From: Ginglymostoma cirratum
Taxonomy: Eukaryota
NCBI GenBank assembly: GCA_024137785.1
Contig: JAHRHZ010000283.1
Location: forward strand, 38,444,876 to 38,508,875
DNA length: 64,000 bases
Reading direction: 5' to 3'
This document shows, in pieces, positions 50,181-62,984 of this stretch (the stretch's first letter is position 1; every line of letters starts with the position of its first letter). A program made the position numbers and the translations under genes. The notes beneath the pieces were generated by a model that saw nothing but the letters and a program-made list of their open reading frames with translations, had not been told where the DNA came from and made no database searches.

Positions 50181-51850
50181 CTTCAGGATTTTGACCCTGC
50201 AATAGTGAAGGAACAGCAACGTATTTCCAAGTCAGGACGATGAGTGACTTGGAGGAAAACTTGCAGGTGGTGGCATTTCAAACATCTGCTGTCCTTGTCC
50301 TTCTGGATGAAAGTAGTCCTGGGTTTAAAGTGTTGTCTAATGAACCTTGGTAAATTTCTGCAGTACATCTTACAAACGGTTCACACTATGGCTGTGTGCT
50401 GATGGTGGAGGAATGAATGTTTGTGGATATGGTGCCCCTCAAATGAATTGCTTTGTCCTGGATGGTGTCAAGTTTCTTGAGTGTTGTTGGATCTTCTATC
50501 ATCCAGGCAAGTGGGGTGATATTTCATCACGTTTTTGACTAGCAGTGCCTTGTATATAGTGGATAACTTTTGGTGGAGTCAGGAGGGGAGTTACCTGATG
50601 CTGGATCCTAGTCTTGGCCTACTCTTGTAACCACAGCACTTATACAGATAGATCAGTTCAGTTTCTAGTCAACTCCATCCCTCTGGCAGGATGTTGATAG
50701 GCGAGGATTCAGTAATGGCAATGCCATTGAATGTCAAGGGATGATAGCTAGATTCTCTCTTGATGGAAATAGTTAATGCACGACACTTGTGTGGCATGTT
50801 ATTTGCCGCTTGTCAGCCCAAATGTGTATATTGTCCAGATCCTCTGCATTTGAATATGAACTGTTTCATTATTTGAGGAGTTGTGAATCGTGCTGAACAT
50901 TGTACAAACATGACTGAACATCCCACTTCTGACCTTTTGATGGACGGAATGTCCATCATAAGTACCTGGAGATACTGCGGCCAAGGACACTACCCTGAAG
51001 AACTTCTGCAGAGGCGCCCTGGGACTGAGATGACTAATCTCCAACAACCACACTAATCTTTTTTTAACAGGTATGACTCCAATCAGCAAAGAGTTTCCAC
51101 AAAATTCCCACTGACACTTTGCTCGGGGTCCTTGATGCCACAAACAGTTACACATGCCATGATGTCAAAGACAGTCACTCTCATCTCACCACTGGAATTC
51201 AGCTCATTTGACCATATTTGAACTAAGGCTGAAATGAAGGCGCTGAGTGGCCCTGGCAGAATCCACACTGTTTGTTAGAGAACAGCTTGATGGCACTTTT
51301 GTTGGAACCTCCATCACTTTACTCATGATCGAAAGTAGACTGATGGGTTAGCAACTGGCTGGGTTGGATTTGTACTCCTTTTGTGTGTACAGGACTTCCT
51401 GGGTAATTTTCCACATACACACTGGTGGATGTCTGTATTGTAGCTACACTGGAACAACTTGGTGAGGAAGCAATACAAGTTCTAGTAAGTCTTCACTACT
51501 ACTGCTGAATGTTGTCAGGGTCCATAGCCTTTGCAGTATCCAATTCCCTTACCTGTTTCTTGATATCACCTGGAGTGAATTAAACTGGCTAAAGATCAGC
51601 ATCTGTGATGCTGAGGACCTCTTTTTGCGGATGCCAAAATGGATCATTCAGTTGGCACCTTTGTCTGAACATTGTTGCAAATACTTCAGCCTTATCTTTA
51701 GCACTAATGTGCTGGGCTACCTCTTCATGGAAAATGGGGATATTTGTGGAGCTTCCTCCCCGATCTGTTTAAGAGTATACCAATTTTCTTGACTGGATAT
51801 AGCAAGACTGCAGAGCTGGGATCAGATCAGATCCATTCAGCTATATCAAT
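50180..51850 (-). mobile_element. CR1-clade LINE RT region, decayed
   Basis: Collinear with 30800-32350 (e.g. ALVQIWSNELNSSGEMRVTVFDI). Confidence 0.8.
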
Positions 51851-52341
51851 TGCTAGAATTTTTCAAAAAAAGGAATGAAACTAGTATTGACCACGGCACC
51901 GGAAATAACAATGGTAAACACTGCCCCATCCACCCTGCAAAGTCTTCCCTACAAACATATGGGACCAAGTGCCAAAATTGGGACAGCTGACTCACAGCCT
52001 GATATAATCGTACTCCCAGAATCATAGACACAATGTCCCAGATATACCGGCAAGACAGACCCAGGAGAGGTGGGGCATGCTGGTTTACACAGTCAAGAGG
52101 GTGTTACCTTAGGACTCCTCAATATGGGCTCTGAATCCTATAACTTCCATTGCATCAGGTCGAAAATGGGCAAGGAAGCTTCCTAGTAACTTTCTATAAC
52201 TTATTCACTCACAGGATGTGGGCAACCCTGGCTAGGCCAGCATTTGAGATAATAGGAACTGCAGATGCTGGAGAATCCGAGATAACAAGGTGTGGAGCTG
52301 GATGAACACAGCAGGCCGAGCAGCATCATAGGAGCAGGAAA

Positions 52342-52377
52342 GCTTGACGTTTCGGGCCTAGACTCTTCTTCAGAAAT
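52342..52377 (-). ncRNA. Minimal hammerhead ribozyme motif in the PLE 3' pseudo-LTR
   Basis: Minus strand CTGAAGA-A-GAGTCTAGGCCC-GAAA-C-GTC: conserved core, ACGT palindrome and GUC triplet; one stem II mismatch. Confidence 0.7.
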
Positions 52378-52645
52378 GGGGGAGCGGAAGAGGGTTCTGA
52401 AATAAAATAGGGAGAGAGGGGGAGGCGGATAGAAGATGGATAGAGGAGAGGATAGGTAGAGAGGAGACAGGCAAGTCAAAGAGGTGGGGATGGAGCCAGT
52501 AAAGGTGAGCATCGGTGGGGAGGTGAGAAGGTAGGGAGGAGATAGGTCAGTCCAGGGAGGACGGACAGGTCAAGGGGGCGGGATGAGGTTAGTAGGTAGG
52601 AGATGGGGGTGGGGCTTGAGGTGGGAGGAGGGGACAGGTGAGAAG

Positions 52646-54010
52646 TTAGGGAGGCGGGAACGAGCTGGGCTGGTTTTGGGATACGGTTGGGGGAGGGGAG
52701 ATTTTAAAGCTTGTGAAATCCACATTGATACCATTGGGCTGCAGGGTTCCCAGGCTGAATATGAGTTGCTGTTCCTGCAGCCTTCGGGTGGCATCACTGT
52801 GGCAGTGCAGGAGGCCCAGGATGGACATGTTGTCTGAGGAATGGGAGGGGGAGTTGAAATGGTTCACGACTGGGAGGTATAATTCTTTGTTGCGAACCGA
52901 GCGCAGGTATTCTGCAAAGCGGTCCCCAAGCTTCCGCTTGGTTTCCCCAACGTAGAGGAGGCCACAACGGGTACAGCGGATGCAGTATACCACATTGGCA
53001 GATGTGCAGGTGAACATCTGCTTGATGTGGAAAGTCTTCTTGGGGCCTGGGATTGGGGTGAGGGAGGAGGTGTGGGGGCAGGTGTAGCACTTCCTGCGGT
53101 TGCAGGGAAAAGTGCCGGCTGTGGTGGGGTTGGAGGGGATCATGGAGAGGACAAGGGAGTCACAGAGAGAGTGGTCCATCCGGAAAGCAGACAAGGGTGG
53201 GGAGGGAAAAATGTCTTTGGTGGCGGGGTCGGATTGCAAATGGCAGAAGTGTCGGAGGATGATGCGTTGGATCCGGAGGTTGGTGGGGTGGTACGTGAGG
53301 ATGAAGGAGATTCTGTTTTGGTTGTTACTGCGGGGATGGGGTGTGAGGGATGAGTTGCGGGAAATGCAGGAGAACACGGTCAAGGGCGTTCTCGACCACT
53401 GCGGTGGGGGGGGGAGGTGGGGAGTTGTGGTCCTTGAAAAACGAGGACATCTAAGATGTACCGGAGTGGAATGCCTCATCCTGGGAGCAGATGCGGCGGA
53501 GGCAAAGGAATTGGGAATAGGCGATGGCATTTTTGCAGGAAGGTGGGTGGGAGCAGGCGTATTCTAGGTAGCTGTGGGAGTCGGCGGGCTTGAAATGGGT
53601 ATCGGTTTCTAGGTGGTTACCCGCGATGGAGACAGAGAGGTCCAGGAAGGTGAGAGAGGTGTTAGAGATGGTCCAGGTGAACTTCAGGTTGGGGTGGAAG
53701 GTGTTGGTGAAGTGGATGAACTGTTCGAGGTCCTCGTGGGAGCACGAGGCGGCGCTGATACAGTCATCAATGTAACGGAGGAAGAGGTGGGGTTTAGGGC
53801 CAGCGTAGCTACAGAAGAGGGATTGTTCCACGTAACCTACAAAGAGGCAAGCATAGCTTGGGCCCGTGCGGGTACCCATGGCCACCCCCTTTGTCTGTAG
53901 GAAGTGGGAGGAATTGAAAGAGAAGTTGTTGAGGGTGAGGACGAGATCGGCTAAGCGGATGACGGCATCAGTGAAGGGGGACTGGTCAGGTCTGCGGGAC
54001 AGGAAGAAGC
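52646..54010 (-). pseudogene. PLE RT / GIY-YIG ORF remnant, frameshifted near the G-run at about 53405-53450
   Basis: Two overlapping ORFs (144 aa and 294 aa) in different frames encode consecutive parts of one protein. Confidence 0.9.
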
Positions 54011-54325
54011 TACCTACTCCTACCTACTAACCTCATCCTGCCCCCTTGACCTGTCCGTCCTCCCTGGACTGACCTATCTCCTCCCTACAAATCCACCTAC
54101 GCTCACCTTTACTGGCTCCATCCCCGCCTCTTTGACTTGTCTGTCTCCTCTCCACCTATCCTCTCCTCTATCCATCTTCCATCCGCCTCCCTCTCTCTCC
54201 CTATTTATTTCAGAACCCTCTTCTCGGGTTTAGGGTCTAGGGTCTAGGCCTGAAACATCAAGCTTTCCTGCTCCTATGATGCTGCTCGGCCTGCTGTGTT
54301 CATCCAGCTCCACACCTTGTTATCG

Positions 54326-54645
54326 AGGCCAGCATTTATTGCCCATCCCTAATGGCCCAGAGGACAGTTAAGAGCCAACCACATTGCAGTGAGTCACATG
54401 TAGGCCAGACCAGGAAAGGACAGCAGATTTTCTTCCCTAAAGAGCATTACTGAACCAGAGGGGTTTTCCCAACAATCGACAATGAATTCATGGTCATCAT
54501 TAGACTCTTAACGTCAGATTTTCTTTTACTGAATTCAAATTACACCATCTGCCGTGGCAGGATTTGAACCTGGGTTCCAAGAACATTAGCTGAGTTTCTG
54601 GATTAATACTCTTGCAATAATACCACTAGGCCATTGCCTCCCACA
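54326..54645 (-). mobile_element. Deu-type (SacSINE1-like) SINE; its 3' tip lies at 52199-52245, split off by the PLE
   Basis: tRNA-like head (gcaatggcctagtggtattattgc...ccaggttcaaatcctgcc) and central domain; tail attagggatgggcaataaatgctggcct continues across the PLE as agccagggttgcccacatcctgtgagtgaataa. Confidence 0.85.
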
Positions 54646-57600
54646 TACCATACCCCCTCCCACATGAAGGAAGCATTCCAGGTGATGTCCACCAGCTGCG
54701 TGGGGTAAGCAGCACAACCTGACAGGGCTGGTCAAGTCCTAAAGAACATAACTACTAGACTTCGGCAGGTAGTGAGGGAAAAACATACTTGACCTCACCC
54801 TCACCAATCTGCCTACCACACATGCGTCTGTCAATGACACTATCAGTAAAAGTGACCACTGCACAGTCCTTGTGGAGATGAAGCCCCATTTTTACATTTA
54901 GCGTAATCTGCATCATGTTGTGTGCTACAATCAATGTGCGAAATGGGATGGACCTTTTGAATAGATCTAGTAACTCAAGACTTTGGCATCCAAAGGTGTC
55001 AGGGACAATGAGCAACAGAGTTGTACTGCAAGACCATCTGCAATGTCATAGCACAGCACATCCTTCACTCTACCATAACAATCAAGCCAGCATATCAACC
55101 CTTATTCAATAAGGGTACAGCAGGACATTACAGGAGCAGCATCAAGAATACTTAAAAATGGGGTGTCAACTTGGTGAAGCTACAGAACAAGACAACTTGC
55201 ACACCAAACAGCATAAACTGGAGGTGATACACAGAGCTAAGTAAATCCACAACCAAAGGATCAGATCTAACATTGGGTGGACAGTAAAAGCAACACCATA
55301 CAACAGGTCAACTGCACCTGACATTACTGTATAAATCATACAACTCAGTACCATGATCCTGTTTTCTCCCCATACTCTTTGATTCCTTTAGTCCTACTCC
55401 TTCTTGAAAACATTCAACGTTCTAGCCTCAACGGTTTCCTTGAGAGACAATTCCACAGACTCATCTTGCGCTGGGTGAAGGGAAGAAACAGGAAATTTTA
55501 AGATTTCAGGTTATGGAATGAAGCAAATGTTGTTTCATTGACGTAAGTTGTCTTTAAACAGAAAGTTCGACAAGTGTTAAAGTTCAACTATTGTAATACA
55601 TAAGAAATATAGTCATCCTTCTCTTAAAGATGACCAGAATTACATAAATACGACATCTAATAAGCCATCATACATAATTCAATGCCTTTATACAGAAATG
55701 TCAAATGTAACTGACCTATTGTATGGTGTTGCATTACTATCCTCCCAAGGTCATGGTATTGCTTGGACCACAGTAAATTGTGTTTCTCTTATACCGTCCT
55801 AACCATAGGAGATTAGGAAGACAAATATTTTAGATTTTTACATTCTTAGAGTGATAGTATGAAAAATACTAAGAAATTTTAGGATACAAGGACAGGATAG
55901 TAAGGCAGAGAATCGACCAAGATGTTATTAAATGGCAGAGCAGGTTACAAATGGCCATGGCCACAGCTGCACAGGATGTAATTCATCCCTTTGATAAACA
56001 CTGCAGCTGGGGCAGAAACCCAATTCAAAAGGTTGAAACGTGGAGTTGTGAGAAAGATCATGCATGGATTTAGGAGGTGGCAACAAAAGCAAAGGGTTTC
56101 GGTGAAGGCAGAAAAGAGACCTTCCAGTTTGTTTGCGAGAACAGTACTTGTGGGTGGAGTTTTTGTTGGAAAGGATGACAATAAATTTGAAAGGGAGATA
56201 AGTAGCATTGGTGAGGAAAGCATTATCAATTGCTTGCATGGAGTTGAGTGTGCAGGAGTGGTCTCATGGATAAGATGAAATTGGAGGTGGCACAGACAAG
56301 ATAGTTCAGACACTAGAGAAAGGTGTGTTTCGGGCTAGGGTAACAAGGATGGGGCTAAACAGTAAGTTTTGAAGTGAGAAGTTTGAACCTGGGTACCTCG
56401 CAAGTAACAAGTATTTTCAAAAGTCTTTTATCCTAATAGTATAAACCATAAGAAAGTTTTCTGTCCAAAGAGGTCATGTAACAAGGATGTCAGCTTGGGC
56501 AATGCCGAAAGTAGTAAATCTTTTCTAAAATATATAGGCAGCTTATGTCTAGAAATGCGTCATTTGTCACAGTTGTGTAAGACTGGTCATTAGAGGGAAC
56601 CAACTGAGTAAAACAGCAGTAAAGCATACAAACTATAGCATTTTCACTTGTAAGGTAGGAAAAAAAACTCTGCCTGAACGTTGTTTGAAAAGTTTTGAAT
56701 GTCATCTCCCATCTCCCAACTATCTCTTGCCACAACTATTCAGCAACCTCATTTCATAAATACAGAACAACTAGACTACAGGACTGCCTAATACCCTACT
56801 TTATAAAACTCAAATTGAATGCAAATGATTGAGAACTTAATGAAGGTAACCTGTTAAAATTTTATTTATGGACTTAAGTGCGACAGACCTTACATTTTTT
56901 TATCCATTAATTCAGAAGATCTGCATTTTGCAACATATTGTAATATCTGCATTTTAAAATGCTCATAACTGTGCAAACCTTTTATTATTTTGTACTTTAG
57001 TTTTACTTAATGATTATCTATAGCTGAGTTATGAATTATTAATTATTTGTAACATCATCACAATTCCGAAAAAAATCACGATACTTTCTTCAATAAACTA
57101 AAACAATTTTCTATCTAATTAAAGTCCAAATGCAATTGAGTGATCCTCTTCCAACATTCTTCCATAGCACAAAATATACTGATTTTACTGTTTTGGCATG
57201 TCAACTTCAGATCCTTTTTTCCATACATAAGAAATTCATTTGTCTTCTTTGACAATACGTGAACAGGTGTAGAATCATTTCTGGAGACAAGAGTTAATTC
57301 ACTTTGCAGGTTGGCTTCACACAGAATTCCCATTTAGGTGAAGCAGGTAACCAGTATAAAGGGGCAAAGGAACTCTGAAAATGTAAGCCACACATTAAAT
57401 CAAGCATAGACCAGTCATCTGCCATGTTCATAACTGGAACAAATTGCAGGGAAAGGACCCTGGTATGCCTTCTTTCTCCATTTACAAATTTGAAGGCATT
57501 ACCAACGATATCTCAGCTTGCAGGCATCTTTCACCAGTTTGTTCCAACAGTGGAAGGGAGGAAATGAGTTGCAATACTGGATACTGCATCCTTTCCACAG

Positions 57601-58769
57601 GCATTGGTCACGCATGATTGCAGAGAAAAATCCCACTCATTCTGTTTGGAGAGCGGCATTAAAGAACAAATGACTAGGAAATGCTAGATAAGCATAACAA
57701 TAACTTAAAATTGATACACTACCTTTAATGTTGAAAAACTGCTCCAAGACATTTTAGATGATTGGTGATAAAACACAAAAGTGGAAAGAAGTAGAAAGAC
57801 TTAGAACCGTTTATTAAAAAAGTGCTTAAAACTTGCTGACAAAACTGAAGTATGACAACCACTATAATATTGGTTTTTTTTTTGGTTAAGTCAAATTTTT
57901 ATTTTTCTTTACAAATCCTTTAGATTTAGCGATGAAAGCCCAGCTGAAGAATCCGTTTATAATTGAGGATTTTTACAAGTGAGAGATATCTTAATTTATA
58001 CACTTTGAAAAATTCTTCAAGTCTACCAATTGAACTAAAATCTAGGGGGATGTTACTTGGCATGATCAGGGACAGCAGTGTAACATATTGTCCCCAACAA
58101 CTATTTTCTTGATGATAATAGTCAGGGAGAGTAAGCTACAGGGATGGTAGAGATAGATCACAAGTCTTTGTAACCAAACTGCCACATGGCAACTAGTGTA
58201 GCATTGTTAACACAGAAAACTGCCCTGATCAGGATGTGTTTCTGACTTTACTTTCAGTCTTGATAAATTGTAGAGTTTGCCATCTTAGCTAATGTGCAAG
58301 TATAATGTCCTTCTATATATGCAGGTAACACAAAGGTCAGAAACACTGAGAAGATGCCAAACAGAGTGGAGGCTAGGACACAGCTTTGTTTCACTCAATT
58401 CTTCAATCCAAAACTGTCAGAAACACAACCATCAGGCTATAGAGTGCAGTGCAAAAGAACATACAAATCAGGAGCTTCAGCAGGCCATTCAGGTCCTCAA
58501 GGCTGCTCTGCCATAACAGATGATCACTGCTGATCTTATTGTGGCCTCAAGTCCACTTTCCCGCCTATGCTGATAACCTCTGATTCCCTGTCAATCAATA
58601 ATCTAACTCAGCCTTGAAAATACTCAATAATCCTGCCTTCAGCTCTCTCTGAGGAACAGAGTTTCACATTATGCAAGCCTCAGAAAATACTTCTCATCTC
58701 CATTTTAAAGGGGAGACCGCTGATACTTTCAATTTTTTCTCCCCGTTTTAATCTCTGCCACAAAGAAAT

Positions 58770-59565
58770 CCTAGAGTTGGAGTTTAATTTAGATAAATGT
58801 GAGGTGCTGCATTTTGGAAAGGCAAATCAGGGCAGGACTCATATACTTAATGGTAAGGTCCTGGGGAGTGTTGCCGAACAATGAGGCATTGAAGTACAGG
58901 TTCACAGTTCCTTGAAAATAAAGTCGCGGGTAGACAGGATAGTGAAGAAGGTGTTTGGTATGCCTGCCTTTATTGGTTAGTGCATTGAGTACAGGAGTTG
59001 GGAGGTCATGTTGTGGCTGTACAGGACATTGGACTTCTGCAATATTGTATTAAGTTCTGGTCTCCCTGCAATGGAAAGGATGTTGTGAAACGTGAAAGGG
59101 TTCAGAAAAGATTTACAAGGATATTGCCAGGGTTGGATGGTTTGAGCGAAAGGGAGACGCAGAACAGGCTGGTGCTATTTTCCCTGAGGCATCGGAAGCT
59201 GAGGGGTGACCTTGTAGAACTTTATAAAATCATAGACAGGGTGAATCGCCAAGGTCTTTTCCCCAGTGTAGCAGCATCCAAAACTGGAGGGCATAGGTTT
59301 AAGGGGAGAGGTAAAAGATTTAAAAGGAATCTAAGGGGCAACTTTTTCACACAAAGAGTGGTGCATGTATGATGAGCTGCCAGAGGAAGTGGTGGAAGCT
59401 GGTGCAATTACAACATTTAAAAGGCATCTGGAGGGGTATATGAATAGGAAGTGTTTAAGAGGAATCAGGGCCAAATGCTGGCAAATGTGACTAGATTAAT
59501 TAATAGCATGGACAAGTTGGACCAAACAGTCTGTCTTCCATGCTGTACAGCTCTATGACTCTATG
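58770..59565 (+). mobile_element. HER1/CR1 LINE 3' end
   Basis: LQYCIKFWSPC...RERVQKRFTRILPGL...RGNFFTQRVVHV; ends in a ctctatgactctatgac tail repeat. Confidence 0.92.
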
Positions 59566-61149
59566 ACTTCTTGTGACTGCTGAAACAAGACATACAGATT
59601 CTTTGAGCACCACTAAGTTTTTCAATCTCTATCCATTTAAATAATATGCTGCCTTACTATTTTCCAGGATAAGTTCACACTTTACCACAGAATACCACAG
59701 AATTCCATAGTATGGAACAGGAACATCCTCTTCCACAAGGACCAGCAGAGGATGCCACGTAATTAGACCGTGCCAGCCCTGCCGTGTAAAGGTTGCCAGC
59801 CAAGCCATTGTGGTCACGTCTATCTAGAGGAATGTCAATGACCTACCCTGCTTGGCCAGGGGAAATGCCACTATCTTTTCTTAGCTGCTTCACACTCAGA
59901 CTTTCTCTGTTATTGCATCCACCTTGCACCAAGGCTCGTTCATGTAACAGTTCTCACTGTTGCATGCAGCATCATCCTTTATTTACTCTCATCCAAACAA
60001 CACCACCATATTACTAAACTTGCCTGGCCTCTGTGCTGTCTGCTCACTCTCAGGAAACGAATATCTTTCCCTGTCCTGCTGCAGCACCAACAAGTGTGCC
60101 ACACACTTTCATATCCCTTAATACTTGCTTTTCTCTCATTCCAAGCAATTAGCCCCACAATAAAGCAGAAAAATCCAAGATGGGCACAGGGGTGCATGAC
60201 ATTAGGCTCCACTCGCCTTAGGAAGATACCTGACTAAGACCACCTTGAGTGGCTAACTGACAACGTCCAAGCCACTGGACAGGTCAGGTGGCTCTTAACT
60301 TACTTTGCCTGGACACACTGGCTGAATGGTGTCATCTTTCACTTGGCTGATGACGCTGACATCCAAGGCAAGCTTCTTGACTTTTTGCCTGCGCTAAAGG
60401 ACAAAGCAAGACAGAACCACCAGGAGTCTGGTAGTTCTGGCTGATTGGGCTTACAGTAAAAAGGATATAGCAAGACAAGGGAGGTATGATGTGAGCATCC
60501 AGGTAGGCTCAAAGCGGTTGAGTGCTAAGAGAGCAAGTGAACAGCCCTGAAATGTAGACTAGTCCAATCTGTGAGCTTGGCTCCCATCCCCCTGTATACA
60601 AAGTGTCCTTGCAATACCATTGCAATGATAGTTACTGATCCATCATGAGGTCCTGCATGGCAATGCAATAGTATACTGTATGTAGATCTGAGATGTGTCA
60701 TGATGATGAGAGAAGGCTGGTACATGATGGATGCCAGCATCCATGGTTGTGGGGTGCATGCAGCATGAACTGAAAAGGTGATGCGGGGTTTCAAGGATGG
60801 CAGTGTTGATGAGCAAGAGGTGATCTGAAGTTGCCAGGTGCCTACTGACATTCAGTTTGAGAATAATCAAAGTCTAATTTCCTTGGGGCAGGTAGAAGGA
60901 CAATAAATTGCATATGAATGAGGCAAAATTTGGACTTAATGAAGCTGACAACAAGCATTATTCTCATCAATAAGTGTCTCACTGTTCAGCAGCAAGATTC
61001 CTATCTCAACATCCTGAATTCTGTTTGAAAATTCATTAGTCAGTCCTGACATCGAGAAAGGTCTCACCTGACTTCTCCCGCAATTCTCCAGATTTCTTGT
61101 CAGAGCCCATGTCCAAAGAGTTTTGCCAAAGTAATGATTGAACTTCTTC

Positions 61150-62010
61150 CATTTCTCTATTTCCCATTATAAATTCTACTAACTGCCTGTAGTGGACCCA
61201 CATTTGTCTTAAGCTAAAGTTTTCTTTTTATGTACCTATAGAAGCTTTTACAGTCTGCTTGTGTGAACTACATTGTATTCATAATCTATTCTCCCTTTCC
61301 TTATCAATTTTGAGATCCTCCTTTGGTGTGTTGCTAAAGTCATTAGATTTATCACTATTTCAGCCATCTTTATAAGCCATTTCTTTTAATCTTATACAAT
61401 TTGTAACTTCCATTGACAGCCTCAGGTGACTGACCTTTTTCTGAGTTTTAAACCTTGGAGGAATAGACAGTTGCTGTAAGCCATGTATTAGTTATTTAAA
61501 GGCTATCCATTGCCTATGTATAGTCATGCCTTTTAACGTAATTTGCCAATCCATCACTGCCAATTTGTGCTTCATGCCTCCATATTGCCCTTATTCAAAT
61601 TTAACACCCTTACTACAGATTAAACTACCTCACTTTCAAACAAAGAGCAAATTTTTATCATGTTGTGGTCACTCATTCCAAAAGGTTCTTTTGCAAAAGT
61701 AAAGATTTGTCAATTAGTCCTTTGTTGTTACATAATACTAGATCAAAGTAGCCTGTCCTCCAGTTGGTTTCTCACAAACTGCTCTAGAAAATCATCACAG
61801 ACACACTCCAGAAAATCATCTTCTACAACTTTAGTCCTCAGTTGGTTTACCTGGTCTACATGCAAACTGAGGTCACCTGCGATTACTGTGTCTTCCATGC
61901 CACATCTCTCATTTCCTGATTAATTAATATGATGTTCCACACTTTAACTATTATTTGGGGCCCATAACTAACTCCAAGTTATATTTATTATTGTTTCTTA
62001 GTTCCACTCA
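61150..62010 (-). mobile_element. Decayed CR1 LINE (endonuclease and linker region)
   Basis: Parallels 680-1400 and 18230-19250. Confidence 0.6.
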
Positions 62011-62039
62011 AAAAGAGATGCAAAATTGCACTACCCTTA

Positions 62040-62960
62040 AAACTGTCAATTGTGTCAAAGCAATCTGCATAAAACTGTTGAGATTGTGAACTGATCTGAT
62101 TATGTCACGTATAGGCTGCTCTGCCACTGTGGCGGTGTTTTAAATCTTATGAATTTTGACTATACCGAGATCTTTGCCAGATAATTAATAGTCCTGTCAC
62201 TGCTGGCTAAGTGATAGCTCCAAGGCAGAAAATTTTGGAATACCAAGATGAGCTTGTGCATTTGGTACTACAGTGTGACTGTGCCAACGTATAAAATTGG
62301 TGATCCATTAAACACTGTGAAATGGCTCTTGTAGGCATTACCATGGAGCACCACTTTCTGATGTACATTACTGTCAGAATGTGTAGAGGTGTCATGTTGA
62401 CAGTAGCTCCTGTGGCAATTTAGCTTTTAATGTGTATCAATTTGATTTTTCAGGATGTGATGTTAATGACTATAAAGGCTTCTGGTCGCTTTACACTGCC
62501 ACTATGGTGTGTGAAGTTAACAATACGTAAAGCTTGGTCATCATCTGAAATTCACCTTTCACTGAATTGACACTGAACTTCATTCATGTGTTTGAGCACC
62601 TTAACATTTTTCTTGGTGCTAATGTTGTGGTGTTGCACCATTTTGCTGGTCACCTGTGTTTTGCTCTGGGGTCCGGCTTGGCCTTTGGAACCAGATTCCC
62701 CACACATGTTCCCATTATCCCCGGCGTCACATCCTTTACAGACATAAACAAAAGCAGGACAGCCATTGGGTAAGTGCATAAAATCACTTCTGTTACAGAA
62801 TCCTTTCATTTTGATGCACTTTGCTAATCAAAATAATAGTGTTAATTGTACCTACCGCATGTTTTTCCTGTTGGCTTGCCACTGTTGCTTTATACTTGTG
62901 TCTATCCTCACCAATGTGTCAATGGTTTAGCCCCTTTCCTTGCTCAAAAGATCCATCACA
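62040..62960 (-). mobile_element. Gypsy-like gag/protease remnant
   Basis: HLPNGCPAFVYVCKGC...MC (decayed zinc knuckle) followed by KS*IATGATVNMTPLHIL (cf. KIDTGA.VN.MPL aspartic protease). Confidence 0.65.
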
Positions 62961-62984
62961 AAGACTATAATTTATTTTAATTGT

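Larger units (their letters stand above)
52246..54325 (-). mobile_element. Penelope-like element, 5'-truncated, with RT C-terminus, GIY-YIG endonuclease, 3' pseudo-LTR and an inverted pseudo-LTR at the truncation point
   Basis: GVAMGTRTGPSYACLF...LRYIDD (53451-53885); CNRRKCYTC and NVVYCIRCTRCGLLYVGETKRKLGDRFAEY...VVNHFN (52646-53530); 12-bp TSD aggccagcattt (52234-52245 / 54326-54337); inverted arms 52281-52602 and 54017-54324. Confidence 0.95.
51880..55270 (+). mobile_element. CR1-clade LINE endonuclease region split by a nested SINE and PLE (pieces 51880-52198 and about 54646-55270)
   Basis: gtgccaaaattgggacagctgactcacag...gggcaaggaagcttcct resumes after 54645 with aaaaacatacttgacctcaccctcaccaatctgcct...gtgaccactgcacagtcc (LDL.LTN, SDH motifs). 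Confidence 0.7.

Noticed and set aside
52583-53900. Plus-strand ORFs of 60-155 aa overlapping the PLE
   Set aside because: Antisense shadows of GC-rich PLE coding sequence with no recognisable motifs.
54225-54250. Interstitial telomeric repeat
   Set aside because: Only one TTAGGG; explained by reiteration of the pLTR stem II sequence.
55945-56420. 122-aa minus ORF, possible L2 LINE C-terminal remnant
   Set aside because: Only faint resemblance to L2 motifs; not supportable as a gene or a confident TE call.
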